64,000 nt of DNA, taken from positions 1 through 64,000 of the IMG/VR virus record IMGVR_UViG_3300045051_000172; one strand, given 5' to 3'. Below are positions 16,112 to 25,521 of this stretch, piece after piece (the first letter of the stretch is position 1; every line of letters begins with the position of its first letter). The stretch comes from a virus. A program made the translations under genes and the position numbers. The notes below the pieces were generated by a model that saw only the letters and a list, made by a program, of their open reading frames with translations, had not been told where the DNA came from and made no database searches.

Positions 16112-17965
16112 ATGGCAATTCGTAAAAGTTTCGGAGGAAGTTCAATCAGCCGACCGGGGTCTTACTCGGTTACTAAAGTCGACGCTACTGGCGGACGAGA
16201 TTTAGGAGATAACGGCACACTGTTAATCATTGGAGAATCGGATGCAGGAGCACCTGGCGATTCCGAAGGTATTCAATCCTTTTCAGCAGCTCAACTTCCA
16301 AGTTTGATTGAAAAATATGTTTCTGGTCCAATTGTGGACGCAGCTAAGAATGCAATTCAAGGTCCATCTGCGACCCCTGGAATTGCAGGTCCCGATAAAG
16401 TTTTAGTTTGGAAAACAAACTCTTCGACTCAAGCGTCGTTGAATTTAGCAAACGGTCTTCCAGCTACAGTGATTGTCATCAAAGACAAACTCTGGGGCGC
16501 GCAAGGTAACTTGATTACTGTCGCCGTTGCTGCAGGTTCTACTGCGAATCAAAAATCGATTACGATTGCCAAGGGCAGCGAATCAGAATCTCTTGGACAA
16601 AATGATGCAGTTGCTCAATTCAGCATCCAATACACCGGATCTGGTTCGGCAGCTTCTCTTTTAATCTCAGGATCTTCGCCAAATGCGAAAACTCTTGCGA
16701 CTACGGTTACCGGCGATTCAGGAAGCAACCTGAGCTTGACGCTTAACAGCTTCTCCTCGATTGCTGAACTTCAAGCTTTCATTGATGCTCAACCGAACTA
16801 TACTTGTACGCTTCTTGATACTCAAAAAGCTGCAGGTCGTCCGGCTACTGATCTCGACAACGTCGCTGCTGCCGATATCAAAACTTCCGCAGTCAGTCTT
16901 TACAGACTTCAACGAGAAATTCTTGAGCTTATCAATAACAATTCAGCCCTGGTTCTTGCAGAACTTCCTGGAACTTTAAGCTCCGGCGTTCCTGCAAACC
17001 TTTCCGCTACTCCTCTCGCAGGTGGAGCAAAAGGTGCCTCGGTTAACTCAGATTTCTCGGGAGCCTTAGATGCTTCCTTGGCTGAAGAACTCGAAGTGAT
17101 TGTTCCTCTCGTTTCGCAAGATGCGACTGCTGACATCCTTTTAGGACAAACCGATTCAGGCTCGACCTATACTGCTGCTTCAGTGTTCGCTGCTCTTAAG
17201 AGTCACTTGAGACTCCGAGGCAACACGAAAAATCGAAAAGAAGCTCAAGGTATTGTTGGATACAGAAATGCCGCTAAGGCCTCTGTAAACTCTCAAGCCG
17301 AATCCCTTGGTTCTGAATTGATTCAACTTGTTATGCAAGATGTTTTGGTTGTTGGAATCGACGGAAGCTTAAGCTGGAAACAACCTTGGATGCTTGCCGC
17401 GATTATGTCCGGTATGCGATTAGGATCGGAAATTGGCGAGCCAATGACCCACAAATATCCCAATATCGCAGATGCGAAACACTTCGTTGATCCTTCCACA
17501 GGTATTGCTTCTGGAAACTTTAATCCTGATCTCGATTACGAGGATGCAATCGATTCAGGCGTCACTTTCTTGGAAAAAGCCAACGGCGGATTCCGATTTG
17601 TGGTTGATAACACGACCTACGGCGCTGACGATTCTTTCGTCTTCAACCGAGGATCTGTTGTTGAAGCCGCTCAATACGTTGCGAAGACTCTTCGAAAACA
17701 AACCGAAGCAGTGTTCGTTGGTAAGAAAGTTTCGAATGGACAAGCGTCCTCGATCAAGACCTTTATGCGAGGCCTCTTGCTTGAGTTGAACAGAGCTGAA
17801 ATCATTACAAGTTCTGACGATGCTCCAAATGGATTTAAAGAAGAAACATTCTCGGTGCAAATTGAAGGAAATACTGCTAGAGTATCCGTAGAAGTCAAAC
17901 CCGTACAAGGTATGGATTTCGTCTTCATCGAAATTACTCTGGGCGATATCGTTCAGTCGGCATAA
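16112..17965 (+). CDS. contractile tail sheath protein
   Basis: N-terminal SRPGSYS; C-terminal sheath domain ending RVSVEVKPVQGMDFVFIEITL; 617 aa. Confidence 0.9.
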   Translation: MAIRKSFGGSSISRPGSYSVTKVDATGGRDLGDNGTLLIIGESDAGAPGDSEGIQSFSAAQLPSLIEKYVSGPIVDAAKNAIQGPSATPGIAGPDKVLVWKTNSSTQASLNLANGLPATVIVIKDKLWGAQGNLITVAVAAGSTANQKSITIAKGSESESLGQNDAVAQFSIQYTGSGSAASLLISGSSPNAKTLATTVTGDSGSNLSLTLNSFSSIAELQAFIDAQPNYTCTLLDTQKAAGRPATDLDNVAAADIKTSAVSLYRLQREILELINNNSALVLAELPGTLSSGVPANLSATPLAGGAKGASVNSDFSGALDASLAEELEVIVPLVSQDATADILLGQTDSGSTYTAASVFAALKSHLRLRGNTKNRKEAQGIVGYRNAAKASVNSQAESLGSELIQLVMQDVLVVGIDGSLSWKQPWMLAAIMSGMRLGSEIGEPMTHKYPNIADAKHFVDPSTGIASGNFNPDLDYEDAIDSGVTFLEKANGGFRFVVDNTTYGADDSFVFNRGSVVEAAQYVAKTLRKQTEAVFVGKKVSNGQASSIKTFMRGLLLELNRAEIITSSDDAPNGFKEETFSVQIEGNTARVSVEVKPVQGMDFVFIEITLGDIVQSA

Positions 17966-17976
17966 GGAGAACTTGA

Positions 17977-18459
17977 GTGAGTCAGGATTTTTTCAATTCA
18001 GGTAACGGGAACAGGGGCCAATACGGCTCCTATGCCCAGCAAGCTCAACAAGCTGCAGCCCAAGGGGACGCGATTGTAAAGAGCATGGAACTTTTTAACC
18101 GGGTAAAGCCGCTTTTAAACCAGATCCTGAATGCGAGAATCCAGTCCAGAATGCCGATTAGAGTGATGCAACCCATCACTAACATCACGGAGAGAATCTC
18201 CAAAGGTGAAGGCCAAGGGGCTACGGTTACTCAAGAAGTTATTCCTTCTGGAATTGAATTGGTTTTTGACGGGATCGAACTAGGAACCCTCTTCTTCAAG
18301 GCCTTTAGAGCCGATAAAGAAGTCGGAGAATACTCGATCCATACGGGCGAAAATGTTGTGATTGGAAATCAACAAGTGACCCGAAATACGGGTTTATTGG
18401 GTCTGATGACTAAAACGGACATCATGCTTGAAGTTTTGGAATACCTCAAGCAGAAGTAA
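17977..18459 (+). CDS. hypothetical protein between sheath and tube
   Basis: GTG start with AGGAG RBS; 160 aa. Confidence 0.65.
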   Translation: MSQDFFNSGNGNRGQYGSYAQQAQQAAAQGDAIVKSMELFNRVKPLLNQILNARIQSRMPIRVMQPITNITERISKGEGQGATVTQEVIPSGIELVFDGIELGTLFFKAFRADKEVGEYSIHTGENVVIGNQQVTRNTGLLGLMTKTDIMLEVLEYLKQK

Positions 18460-18485
18460 AGTAAAATAGATTTAAGGAGTAAGGT

Positions 18486-18896
18486 ATGGCAACGAAAACG
18501 AAAACAGGTAGTAGACTAGCGATCAAGTTGAATGGGGTAAAGATTGCGTTTGCTTCTTCCTTCAACGTCAATCATGAAAACGCTCTCCAAGACATCGAAG
18601 TTTTGGATCAATTGGAAGTTGCAGAGTTTGCTGAAACAGCTCACCGATGCAGCGGTTCAATCAATATTTTTAAAGTCGATGAAAATGCGGCTAACTTGCT
18701 TGGATTTGATCCAAGAAACATCGACGACCTCCTTGGTCAACCAGAGTTAGCTTTAGAAGTTTATGACCGTCTTAATGACAACGTGATTTATGAAATCACC
18801 GGAGTCAAATTTGAAGGCGGATCAGGATCTGTTGATGCTCGCGGAGTCTGGACTGGCGTCTGGAACTTCAAGGGTCGACGCGGATTCGGTCTCTAA
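18486..18896 (+). CDS. tail tube protein
   Basis: 136 aa beta-rich protein after the sheath; ends WNFKGRR. Confidence 0.8.
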   Translation: MATKTKTGSRLAIKLNGVKIAFASSFNVNHENALQDIEVLDQLEVAEFAETAHRCSGSINIFKVDENAANLLGFDPRNIDDLLGQPELALEVYDRLNDNVIYEITGVKFEGGSGSVDARGVWTGVWNFKGRRGFGL

Positions 18897-19496
18897 TAGT
18901 TTTACCGTACCCCTTCCTTCCTCAACCTCAGCCCTGGGTTTCTTAACCCGGGGCTTTGTGTTTTTGGGCTTAGAAAGATCTTGAGCTGTCTTTTTCTTGT
19001 GACAGGTATAACAAATGACCTGATGATTATCCAGCCCCAGGCTAGATCCACCCTTAAAAATTGGCACAATATGGTCCACTTCGGGTCGAAGCTCTTCGGC
19101 AACTTTGTATTTCAATCGTTTGAAATAATACCAAAAGACATACTCTGTCTTCGGGTCCGTTCGCTTCATGGTTGAATATCGGCCCTGATCGGCTTCAATA
19201 ATTTGGGTCAAAAGAGGAAGGTAATCATGGGCACAGCCTTTGCATTTGTAGTCCTGCCTGAATAAAAGGAATCCGAGCCCATCCTCTTGTTGTGGTCTGG
19301 CCCAAGCTGAGGCCGAGGCACTACAAATTGGGCTGCAATATTTTTGATTGCCATGATGCAAGGCACCTTCCGTGCACCATGCGCAGAATCGTTTTCCATC
19401 AATTTTTAAGGCTTTAAGATTGGTCAAATTAAAGTGGCGCTTCTTATGGGTCTTTGTCATTTCCGCGACAAAAGGGTTTTTAGAAGGCTTAAACAT
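18822..19496 (-). CDS. HNH endonuclease with zinc-binding motifs
   Basis: CAWC...YCSPIC, CKGC, EVDHIVPIFKGG...NHQVICYTCHKKKT. Confidence 0.85.
   Translation of the reverse strand: MFKPSKNPFVAEMTKTHKKRHFNLTNLKALKIDGKRFCAWCTEGALHHGNQKYCSPICSASASAWARPQQEDGLGFLLFRQDYKCKGCAHDYLPLLTQIIEADQGRYSTMKRTDPKTEYVFWYYFKRLKYKVAEELRPEVDHIVPIFKGGSSLGLDNHQVICYTCHKKKTAQDLSKPKNTKPRVKKPRAEVEEGRGTVKLLETESASTLEVPDASPDSASINRS
18930..18965 (+). terminator. rho-independent terminator after tail tube
   Basis: AGCCCTGGGT-ttctta-ACCCGGGGCT followed by TTGTGTTTTT. Confidence 0.7.
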
Positions 19497-19501
19497 AGCT
19501 T

Positions 19502-19530
19502 AGGATACCCAATAAAATTTTCATAGTCAA
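19502..19530 (-). promoter_or_regulatory. sigma70-type promoter of the HNH gene
   Basis: TTGACT-N17-TATCCT, 5 nt before ATG 19496. Confidence 0.65.
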
Positions 19531-19548
19531 TTAAGGTATTCTGATAGT

Positions 19549-19720
19549 CCACCCGGAACGCGACGGGGCTCCAGATTGAACCCTGGAGAAGGCAAGCAGA
19601 GACGCACCAAAGAATGATGTTGGGGTAACGACTGCGATGGGAGAATGGGCTACTTTCCAACGTGCAATGATGCCCAGGGGACCCTAGTTATTATGCGTGA
19701 CAGAGCGGAGAGTACGTTCG
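19549..19720 (+). ncRNA. candidate rod-like structured RNA (unassigned)
   Basis: ~190-nt gene-free gap; nested pairings GAACG/CGTTC, CCCTGG/CCAGGG, ATGTTGG/CCAACGT; TATTCT -10 at 19537. Confidence 0.3.
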
Positions 19721-19724
19721 CCAT

Positions 19725-20321
19725 TTACTTGAAGAAAGTAAGCAATCCATTCAAAATGTGAGTTTGATCGTAGCAATCTCGAAGAGCATCGTGAGACTTT
19801 GTTTCTTTAACCGATTGGGGCATTTCCCAAGGACTCACGGCTGCGCCTAATTTCTTCATTGCAGTCTTAAATTCTGAGTGCTGCGCATCAGTCAAATTGA
19901 GCTTATCTTTGGCGAAGCTGAGAATGGAATTGATGTCGTAAATTCTATGACTATGATCTTCAGCCGTAAGATAATTGAATCGTCGAACAAAAGGAATGTC
20001 AAAATTCCCAATGCTGAGTCCGGTCAAGACCACATCTTTGGGTTGCAGATTCCAGATGCGGAAAGTGAGAAGGGCTTCTTTACGAACTTCCTCTGCTGTC
20101 ATCGGAGTTGCTTCATTGGCTCTTTTGTAAAGTTCGGTTTGGTATTTCTTCGCAAAATCAGATTCTGGCTGGCGATCCGTGTGTTGCCAAGTCGTAGAAG
20201 AAGCTCTCGGAGACCAAAGATCTTCTTTCTTCTCTAAAAGCATGTAAGAGACTTGGAGAATGTCTTCTTTGTCAATATCCAGTCCAGTAGTTTCAATGTC
20301 GAACATCACGAGTTTATTCAT
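19725..20321 (-). CDS. DEDDh 3'-5' exonuclease (DnaQ/oligoribonuclease-like)
   Basis: FDIETTG, NFDIPF, HDALRDC. Confidence 0.85.
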   Translation of the reverse strand: MNKLVMFDIETTGLDIDKEDILQVSYMLLEKKEDLWSPRASSTTWQHTDRQPESDFAKKYQTELYKRANEATPMTAEEVRKEALLTFRIWNLQPKDVVLTGLSIGNFDIPFVRRFNYLTAEDHSHRIYDINSILSFAKDKLNLTDAQHSEFKTAMKKLGAAVSPWEMPQSVKETKSHDALRDCYDQTHILNGLLTFFK

Positions 20322-20584
20322 AAAATTTTCTCAAAAATTACATAGCAATTGGGAGTGCTTTGAGGTCTCCATTTAGTGATAGTCACGTTGTAATTTCCCT
20401 GAGAATTATAGGTGTCTTCGGAGTAACTCTCATAAGGATGAAAATAATGAATGGATACGCATTTGTATCCCTTTTTTCGTTCGGCATTTATCGCCTCGGC
20501 AATTGTTCTAGGATCGTAGACACTGTAAAAAATTTGGCTCTTTACGAAGTCAACGATTTCATCCAATTGCAGTTCCAGGCTCAT
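20318..20584 (-). CDS. hypothetical protein
   Basis: 88 aa, ATGA-coupled. Confidence 0.6.
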   Translation of the reverse strand: MSLELQLDEIVDFVKSQIFYSVYDPRTIAEAINAERKKGYKCVSIHYFHPYESYSEDTYNSQGNYNVTITKWRPQSTPNCYVIFEKIL

Positions 20585-21423
20585 TTGAGCCCCAATTCCT
20601 TGAGACGTTCATCAAGATATTCCGCCGCAGTGTATCGAGTTGAAAGTCGAACCTCCGGCCTCGGATGAACAAACAAAGGCATAGAGTATCTGGATTCCTT
20701 AGCAGCTTCGCCAGAAGGATTCACAACTCTATGTGTGGTTGATTTGTAATAGCCTGAGGTCGCTTCTTGCAACATATCCCCAGCATTCACAATGACCCAA
20801 CCTTTCTCCGAAGGAACGTCATACCATTCTCCATCTTTAGTTTTCACTTGGAGTCCAGTAGTAGTTGCGGCGGGAAGGAGGGTAATCAAATTGATGTCCT
20901 CGTGCGCGGCGGCTCGAACGGCCCCTTCTTCATGATCTCCGTTCAAAGGAGGGTAGTGCAACACTCGAAGCAAGGTTTGATTAGTGTTTTTGACCATGTC
21001 AATTAATTTTTCAGATCCAGTAAATTGAGAATGATAATCTCCGCAAAGATCCAACCAAAGCAGTAAAGTTTCTCCGAGAGAAGCCAAATATTGTCTGGAT
21101 TCCCAAGTGGCTATTTCAAGACCTTTTGGAATATCACTCTCTCTATAAATATGAAAAAATTCTTTTAAGTCTTTGATTTTACTATCTTTTGAATTCTCTG
21201 AACGGAAAGGAAAATATCCGGAATGGTCGGGTCGAACGTGATAAAGTTCAGAATGTTTCTCAACATTATTGAAAAACAATCCCCAACCTTTATAAACTCG
21301 ATCCAACAATTCTGTAAAAGAGGGATCGCAAAGTTTGAGTACAGCAAAGCCAGTATCTCGTAAAGAATCTGAAAATTGGACGCAGGCTCCAGGAGCTGCT
21401 ATGTCAATGGGCGTTAGTTTCAT
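20581..21423 (-). CDS. 2-oxoglutarate/Fe(II) oxygenase, isopenicillin N synthase-like family
   Basis: LRVLHYPP, HED (HxD), NAGDMLQ, THRV, RYSMPLF. Confidence 0.9.
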   Translation of the reverse strand: MKLTPIDIAAPGACVQFSDSLRDTGFAVLKLCDPSFTELLDRVYKGWGLFFNNVEKHSELYHVRPDHSGYFPFRSENSKDSKIKDLKEFFHIYRESDIPKGLEIATWESRQYLASLGETLLLWLDLCGDYHSQFTGSEKLIDMVKNTNQTLLRVLHYPPLNGDHEEGAVRAAAHEDINLITLLPAATTTGLQVKTKDGEWYDVPSEKGWVIVNAGDMLQEATSGYYKSTTHRVVNPSGEAAKESRYSMPLFVHPRPEVRLSTRYTAAEYLDERLKELGLK

Positions 21424-22058
21424 AAATCAAAAACAACGGGTTTATTCGTTGCTACATACCTTTCATTTAACACAGAACAATTAAAAATTCTAGTCCCCCG
21501 GTGTTCTGCTTCTCCGTAGGATTCATGAATATGTCCGCAAAGAACTACTCTTGGCTGAGTCTTTTCAATGGCATAGAGCAAACTTAGGCATCCGCAATCT
21601 TCTCCACCTTTATTGAAGGAAAGAATCCCCCGAGGAGGGGCATGAGTAATCAAGACATCCAACTTCTTCGGAATCAAGTCCCTCACAGCAAGCATTCCCT
21701 CACTCATGGTAGGCTTCATGAAATTCCAATCATTGTAGGAAGGGCTCCAAGGAGTTCCCCAGATTTGTCGACCCTCAATTTCAACTCCGGAATCTTGAAG
21801 ATAAATCAGACCCGGAGCAGTCAATAAACTTTTTGCCAAAGAAGGTTGAACTTCGAATAATTCATCATGATTTCCCGCGACAATAATTTTGTATTTGTGG
21901 GGAAGTTCTTCCATCCAGGCGTTAAAGGCACAAATCTCTCTGATTGAACCCATTCCGGTTAGATCGCCACAATGGAAAAGGATGTCGCCGAAAGGTATTG
22001 GAACTCGTTTTCCGTGAGTGTCAGAAATGGCAACTCCAATGAGGGGTACCTCGTTCAC
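21420..22058 (-). CDS. calcineurin-like metallophosphoesterase
   Basis: DTHG, GDL, GNHD, THAPP, GHIHE. Confidence 0.9.
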   Translation of the reverse strand: MNEVPLIGVAISDTHGKRVPIPFGDILFHCGDLTGMGSIREICAFNAWMEELPHKYKIIVAGNHDELFEVQPSLAKSLLTAPGLIYLQDSGVEIEGRQIWGTPWSPSYNDWNFMKPTMSEGMLAVRDLIPKKLDVLITHAPPRGILSFNKGGEDCGCLSLLYAIEKTQPRVVLCGHIHESYGEAEHRGTRIFNCSVLNERYVATNKPVVFDL

Positions 22059-22180
22059 CGATTCCAGTCCTTCAAGATCGCAAAAATAATCATCGCTACG
22101 TTGAAAGAAAACAACAAAGCAAGTCCTACAGCTCCCCAGGGACCTATTCTATTTGGGGCATCTTGGAGAATTTCTAGCAT
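22055..22180 (-). CDS. small membrane protein
   Basis: 41 aa MLEILQDAPNRIGPWGAVGLALLFSFNVAMIIFAILKDWNR; GTGA overlap. Confidence 0.5.
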   Translation of the reverse strand: MLEILQDAPNRIGPWGAVGLALLFSFNVAMIIFAILKDWNR

Positions 22181-22182
22181 GA

Positions 22183-22374
22183 CTAAACCTTTTTCTCATC
22201 TTTTCTGCGCAACTCAATAACTAGGCGTAAGTTGCCGACTTCCCAGAGCTTTTTAAACATTCTGGCAAATAAAGAAGCCCATTGAACTCGAACAATCAAG
22301 ACAACCAATAAGCCGGTCAAGATCCCTAGAGCATAAGCCATAAGGGTCGTTAATGTGGGGTGATATTCAATCAT
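22183..22374 (-). CDS. small membrane protein
   Basis: TM LMAYALGILTGLLVVLIV; ATGA-coupled. Confidence 0.55.
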   Translation of the reverse strand: MIEYHPTLTTLMAYALGILTGLLVVLIVRVQWASLFARMFKKLWEVGNLRLVIELRRKDEKKV

Positions 22375-22550
22375 AAGCCTCCCAAAACTAGCCAACCGCA
22401 GGTAGTGGCTAAGATGACGTGAAGAACCAAAGAATTCAAGGCAGACCGGATTTTAATGAAATCCCATTCAGTGTCATTCAGCAGATAGGAGTAATACCTA
22501 GCGGCAAAAAGAACCTCACAAATTAGGGCTACCAAAGTGAAAAATCTCAT
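22371..22550 (-). CDS. small membrane protein
   Basis: 59 aa MRFFTLVALICEVLFAARYY...; first gene after the promoter. Confidence 0.5.
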   Translation of the reverse strand: MRFFTLVALICEVLFAARYYSYLLNDTEWDFIKIRSALNSLVLHVILATTCGWLVLGGL

Positions 22551-22559
22551 GGTATACTC

Positions 22560-22588
22560 ATTTTAGGCGGATTCATTGAGTTCGTCAA
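22560..22588 (-). promoter_or_regulatory. sigma70-type promoter of the inverted cassette
   Basis: TTGACG-N17-TAAAAT. Confidence 0.65.
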
Positions 22589-22602
22589 GAGATTAAAAAC
22601 AG

Positions 22603-23013
22603 ATGGAGAAAAACATGGAAACTAACGGCTTACCTAAAGGTCTGCCCCCTTTATCGACGGAATTCGAAGTCGATATCAAAGGCAATCAAACCAATCATTC
22701 GTACACTGGAACTTTCAAGTTCACCATTCCAAATGTTGAATCCAATTCAAAAATTGCAGTAATGGAAGCCCGAATGAACGGCGGCTCCGCTGAAGGCATC
22801 GAGCCTAACATGCTGATGTTGCACTATATGTTGTCCTATCTGAGATTTACCTTGGACTTGGAAGAATGTCCAAAATGGTGGAAAGATTGCAAATTCGGAC
22901 TTCATCTTTACGACCCAAATGTCGTGACTGAGATTTACGAAAAGTGCCGAACTTACGAACAAGAATGGGGAAGATTAGTTCATGGAGAACCCGCAGGAAC
23001 CGAAAAAGCCTGA
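22603..23013 (+). CDS. tail assembly chaperone
   Basis: acidic 136 aa protein two genes before the tape measure; PKWW...EIYEK..YEQEW pattern. Confidence 0.6.
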   Translation: MEKNMETNGLPKGLPPLSTEFEVDIKGNQTNHSYTGTFKFTIPNVESNSKIAVMEARMNGGSAEGIEPNMLMLHYMLSYLRFTLDLEECPKWWKDCKFGLHLYDPNVVTEIYEKCRTYEQEWGRLVHGEPAGTEKA

Positions 23014-23410
23014 GGAAGTAGTCGAAGCTAAAAAAGACATATTCTTCAACCTGAAGTATATGGGCTATTTTCTAGCTGGTCGCGACGCTGCCCGCACGGA
23101 TGTGGACATGGATGACGTGGTCCGAAAGGCCAAGTTTTATATCTGTGAACAGCGTAACATCTTGATGGAAGACCCAGTTTGGGAGAAATACCATCGCAAC
23201 GAACAGATTTTGATCGAATACTACGCGCTCCTTTTCAACCGAGAACCCGAGGCACTTAAGACATTTGAGGCCCAATTGGAAGGTTTATACGGGGATGACG
23301 AGGATTGGTTGGATAAGCAGATTGACCAAAACCGTAGTACAATAGAAGAGTTAAAGAAGAGAAAACCAGAAACAGATGAGGATCTGGATTTTGACCCTGC
23401 TAAGGAGTAA
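22982..23410 (+). CDS. second tail assembly chaperone-like protein
   Basis: acidic helical protein immediately before the tape measure. Confidence 0.55.
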   Translation: MENPQEPKKPEEVVEAKKDIFFNLKYMGYFLAGRDAARTDVDMDDVVRKAKFYICEQRNILMEDPVWEKYHRNEQILIEYYALLFNREPEALKTFEAQLEGLYGDDEDWLDKQIDQNRSTIEELKKRKPETDEDLDFDPAKE

Positions 23411-23412
23411 TT

Positions 23413-25521
23413 GTGGCTCATAAGATTCAGATTGGCCTTGACGTAACTACCGTAAAACGGTCCTTATTCGACATTTCGAATACGATTGATCGCACCTTTG
23501 GCAAGGGAAAAACCTTTGACATTTTCTCGGCTGACACTAAGAAATTTCTAACCGAGGAGGCCGGTAAAGCTTTAGGACGCATCTCCAGTCGTATGGAGCG
23601 TCTCAGTAACCTTGCAAAAGGGTATCAAGATCGTCTCAAGGGAATCAACCAAGAAGACGAACAAGCCGTTAAAATCAAAGAACGACTTCTCAAGATCGAA
23701 CGAGATCGCGCTTCTTTGGCCGAAGATTCTTCTGAATTAAAAATTGCCCAAAAAACAATTGCCGAAAGCGGAACCATAAAGGGAGCCGCTAGAACTGCAA
23801 TGTCTAAGATTCCAGGCATTGGAAACTTAATTAAAAATGGTGGAATTGGAATGGGCGCTGCGGCACTTGGCGGCCTTGCGCTCGCGGGAGGATTCGCATA
23901 CAGCCGAGCTTCTCAAGGATTCGATGCATTCGAAGCCTCTGCAAATCAAAGATTAGGATTACGCGGTCGAGGAGTCACTGATGTATCCGGACGCTCTGGC
24001 GCTCGATATGGATTTGGAACTACTGAAACTCGTACTGCTCAAGAACAAGGAATTGGAATTTTCGGTTTAGAATCTTCTCAATCTGGAAATGCTTCTCTTG
24101 ATCGTCGTCTTCGTTTTTCTCGAATGACAGGTATGGCTCCTGAAACAGTTCAGGGAACTTTTGCTGGAACTCAAGCTCAAGGCGGATTTAGTGCTGCAAA
24201 TAAAGCCTTCGAAGAATTCAGAGCTACGATCATGGCAGACAAACTCCAACACGCTTTGGCTCCCTATTTGGAAGCCGTTTCTGGGCTTCTCGGCCAAATT
24301 AATGAAGACGGTTTAGGTCTTACAGGGGATGCAATTCGTTCCATCGCCACAATTGCGGCCAAAGGTGAAAATGTCTCTGCTCAACAAGCGGCAAGAATTA
24401 TCGGTGGAATCGACGCCACAATCAAGGGCTCTTCAGGTGACGTGAAGGCATTTTATATGCAGGCATTCGCCAATAAAGGAATCGGCGGCGGAATGCTAGG
24501 CGGCGCTGAAGCCGTTACAGATTTGGGACTTTTCGGCGGATCAGAATCCGCAGCCAGAGGATTTCAAAAAGAAGGACTCTTAAGCGGTCGCGCAATCGCA
24601 GACTTCAAGGCATCCGGCCTCTTAGGTCAGAATGTGGCTAAAGAACGCTCTCAAGCGATTATGGCTGCCATGGAAGAAGTTCGCAGCAGATTCCCAGGCG
24701 AAGAAGCTTTGGGACCCAATGCCTCTCCTGCGGAACGGCAACGCGCTCGTATGCAACAAACTCTTGCTCGCGGATTCGCAATGAAGAGACTTACTGGGGC
24801 TTCAAACGTCATTGAAGGTGAAGCTCGTTTCGGCGCAATCCAAAAGATGGCCAATGCGAAGACTCCTGAAGAGTATCAAAAGTTAGCTGAAAAATATGAA
24901 GATCAATTCGGTCAAAAATCAATGGACGAAATGATGAAATCTTCTGAAGGTCACTTGAAGCAAATAGAAGCTAATACGCAAGCTGCTCAAGAAACTTTAG
25001 GTCAAGCAGTCGCTCCTGCAGTTCTTGCAATGAGAGAATTGCTTGCTGAAATTGACAATATGCTCGCGCATACGTTAGGCCCTATCGCGAAATTAGTTGA
25101 GGGATTGACTCCCTTTACTGAAGGTTCCTGGTTCACTAAACTTGGAAAAGGACTCAGCAATGTTGCTTTCGACGTTTTAAATCCATCTGAAGATTCCAGC
25201 CCTAAAGGTCTAGGCGGACGAAATATGGACACAATGTCCAAGGCCGAACGAGCCTCTTTGATCTCGGAATATACCGCTGATATGGAACTAATGAAGAAAC
25301 GTGCGTCTGAAGCTGCTCGTTCTGGAGAAAGTACCGCGCCTTATGAAGGTCGCGCTGAATCTGATAAACGCATGATTGAACTTCTCACTGAAGCAAATAA
25401 ACGCTCTGAAGAAATGCTCAAGATGATGCAGATTCAAAACAAATATGCAGGAGATACCGCGAGAGGCGTTAATAAGTCTAAGGCCAAACAAACCCCTAGA
25501 TCTTCGACCATGGTGAAATAA
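23413..25521 (+). CDS. tape measure protein
   Basis: 702 aa, Ala/Gly-rich, helical, with hydrophobic GMGAAALGGLALAGG segment; canonical position. Confidence 0.8.
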   Translation: MAHKIQIGLDVTTVKRSLFDISNTIDRTFGKGKTFDIFSADTKKFLTEEAGKALGRISSRMERLSNLAKGYQDRLKGINQEDEQAVKIKERLLKIERDRASLAEDSSELKIAQKTIAESGTIKGAARTAMSKIPGIGNLIKNGGIGMGAAALGGLALAGGFAYSRASQGFDAFEASANQRLGLRGRGVTDVSGRSGARYGFGTTETRTAQEQGIGIFGLESSQSGNASLDRRLRFSRMTGMAPETVQGTFAGTQAQGGFSAANKAFEEFRATIMADKLQHALAPYLEAVSGLLGQINEDGLGLTGDAIRSIATIAAKGENVSAQQAARIIGGIDATIKGSSGDVKAFYMQAFANKGIGGGMLGGAEAVTDLGLFGGSESAARGFQKEGLLSGRAIADFKASGLLGQNVAKERSQAIMAAMEEVRSRFPGEEALGPNASPAERQRARMQQTLARGFAMKRLTGASNVIEGEARFGAIQKMANAKTPEEYQKLAEKYEDQFGQKSMDEMMKSSEGHLKQIEANTQAAQETLGQAVAPAVLAMRELLAEIDNMLAHTLGPIAKLVEGLTPFTEGSWFTKLGKGLSNVAFDVLNPSEDSSPKGLGGRNMDTMSKAERASLISEYTADMELMKKRASEAARSGESTAPYEGRAESDKRMIELLTEANKRSEEMLKMMQIQNKYAGDTARGVNKSKAKQTPRSSTMVK

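Noticed and set aside
18822-18960. Functional C-terminal extension of the HNH protein overlapping the tube gene
   Set aside because: The sequence is explained by the plus-strand terminator and tube codons; probably an unstructured read-through tail
19457-19660. 67-aa minus-strand ORF
   Set aside because: It overlaps the HNH promoter and start, lacks an RBS and has no protein-like features
22982-23013. Programmed frameshift joining the two tail chaperone ORFs
   Set aside because: It would need +1/-2 rather than the usual -1; only a weak GAAAAA slip site exists, and the second ORF has its own ATG with a GGGGAAG SD
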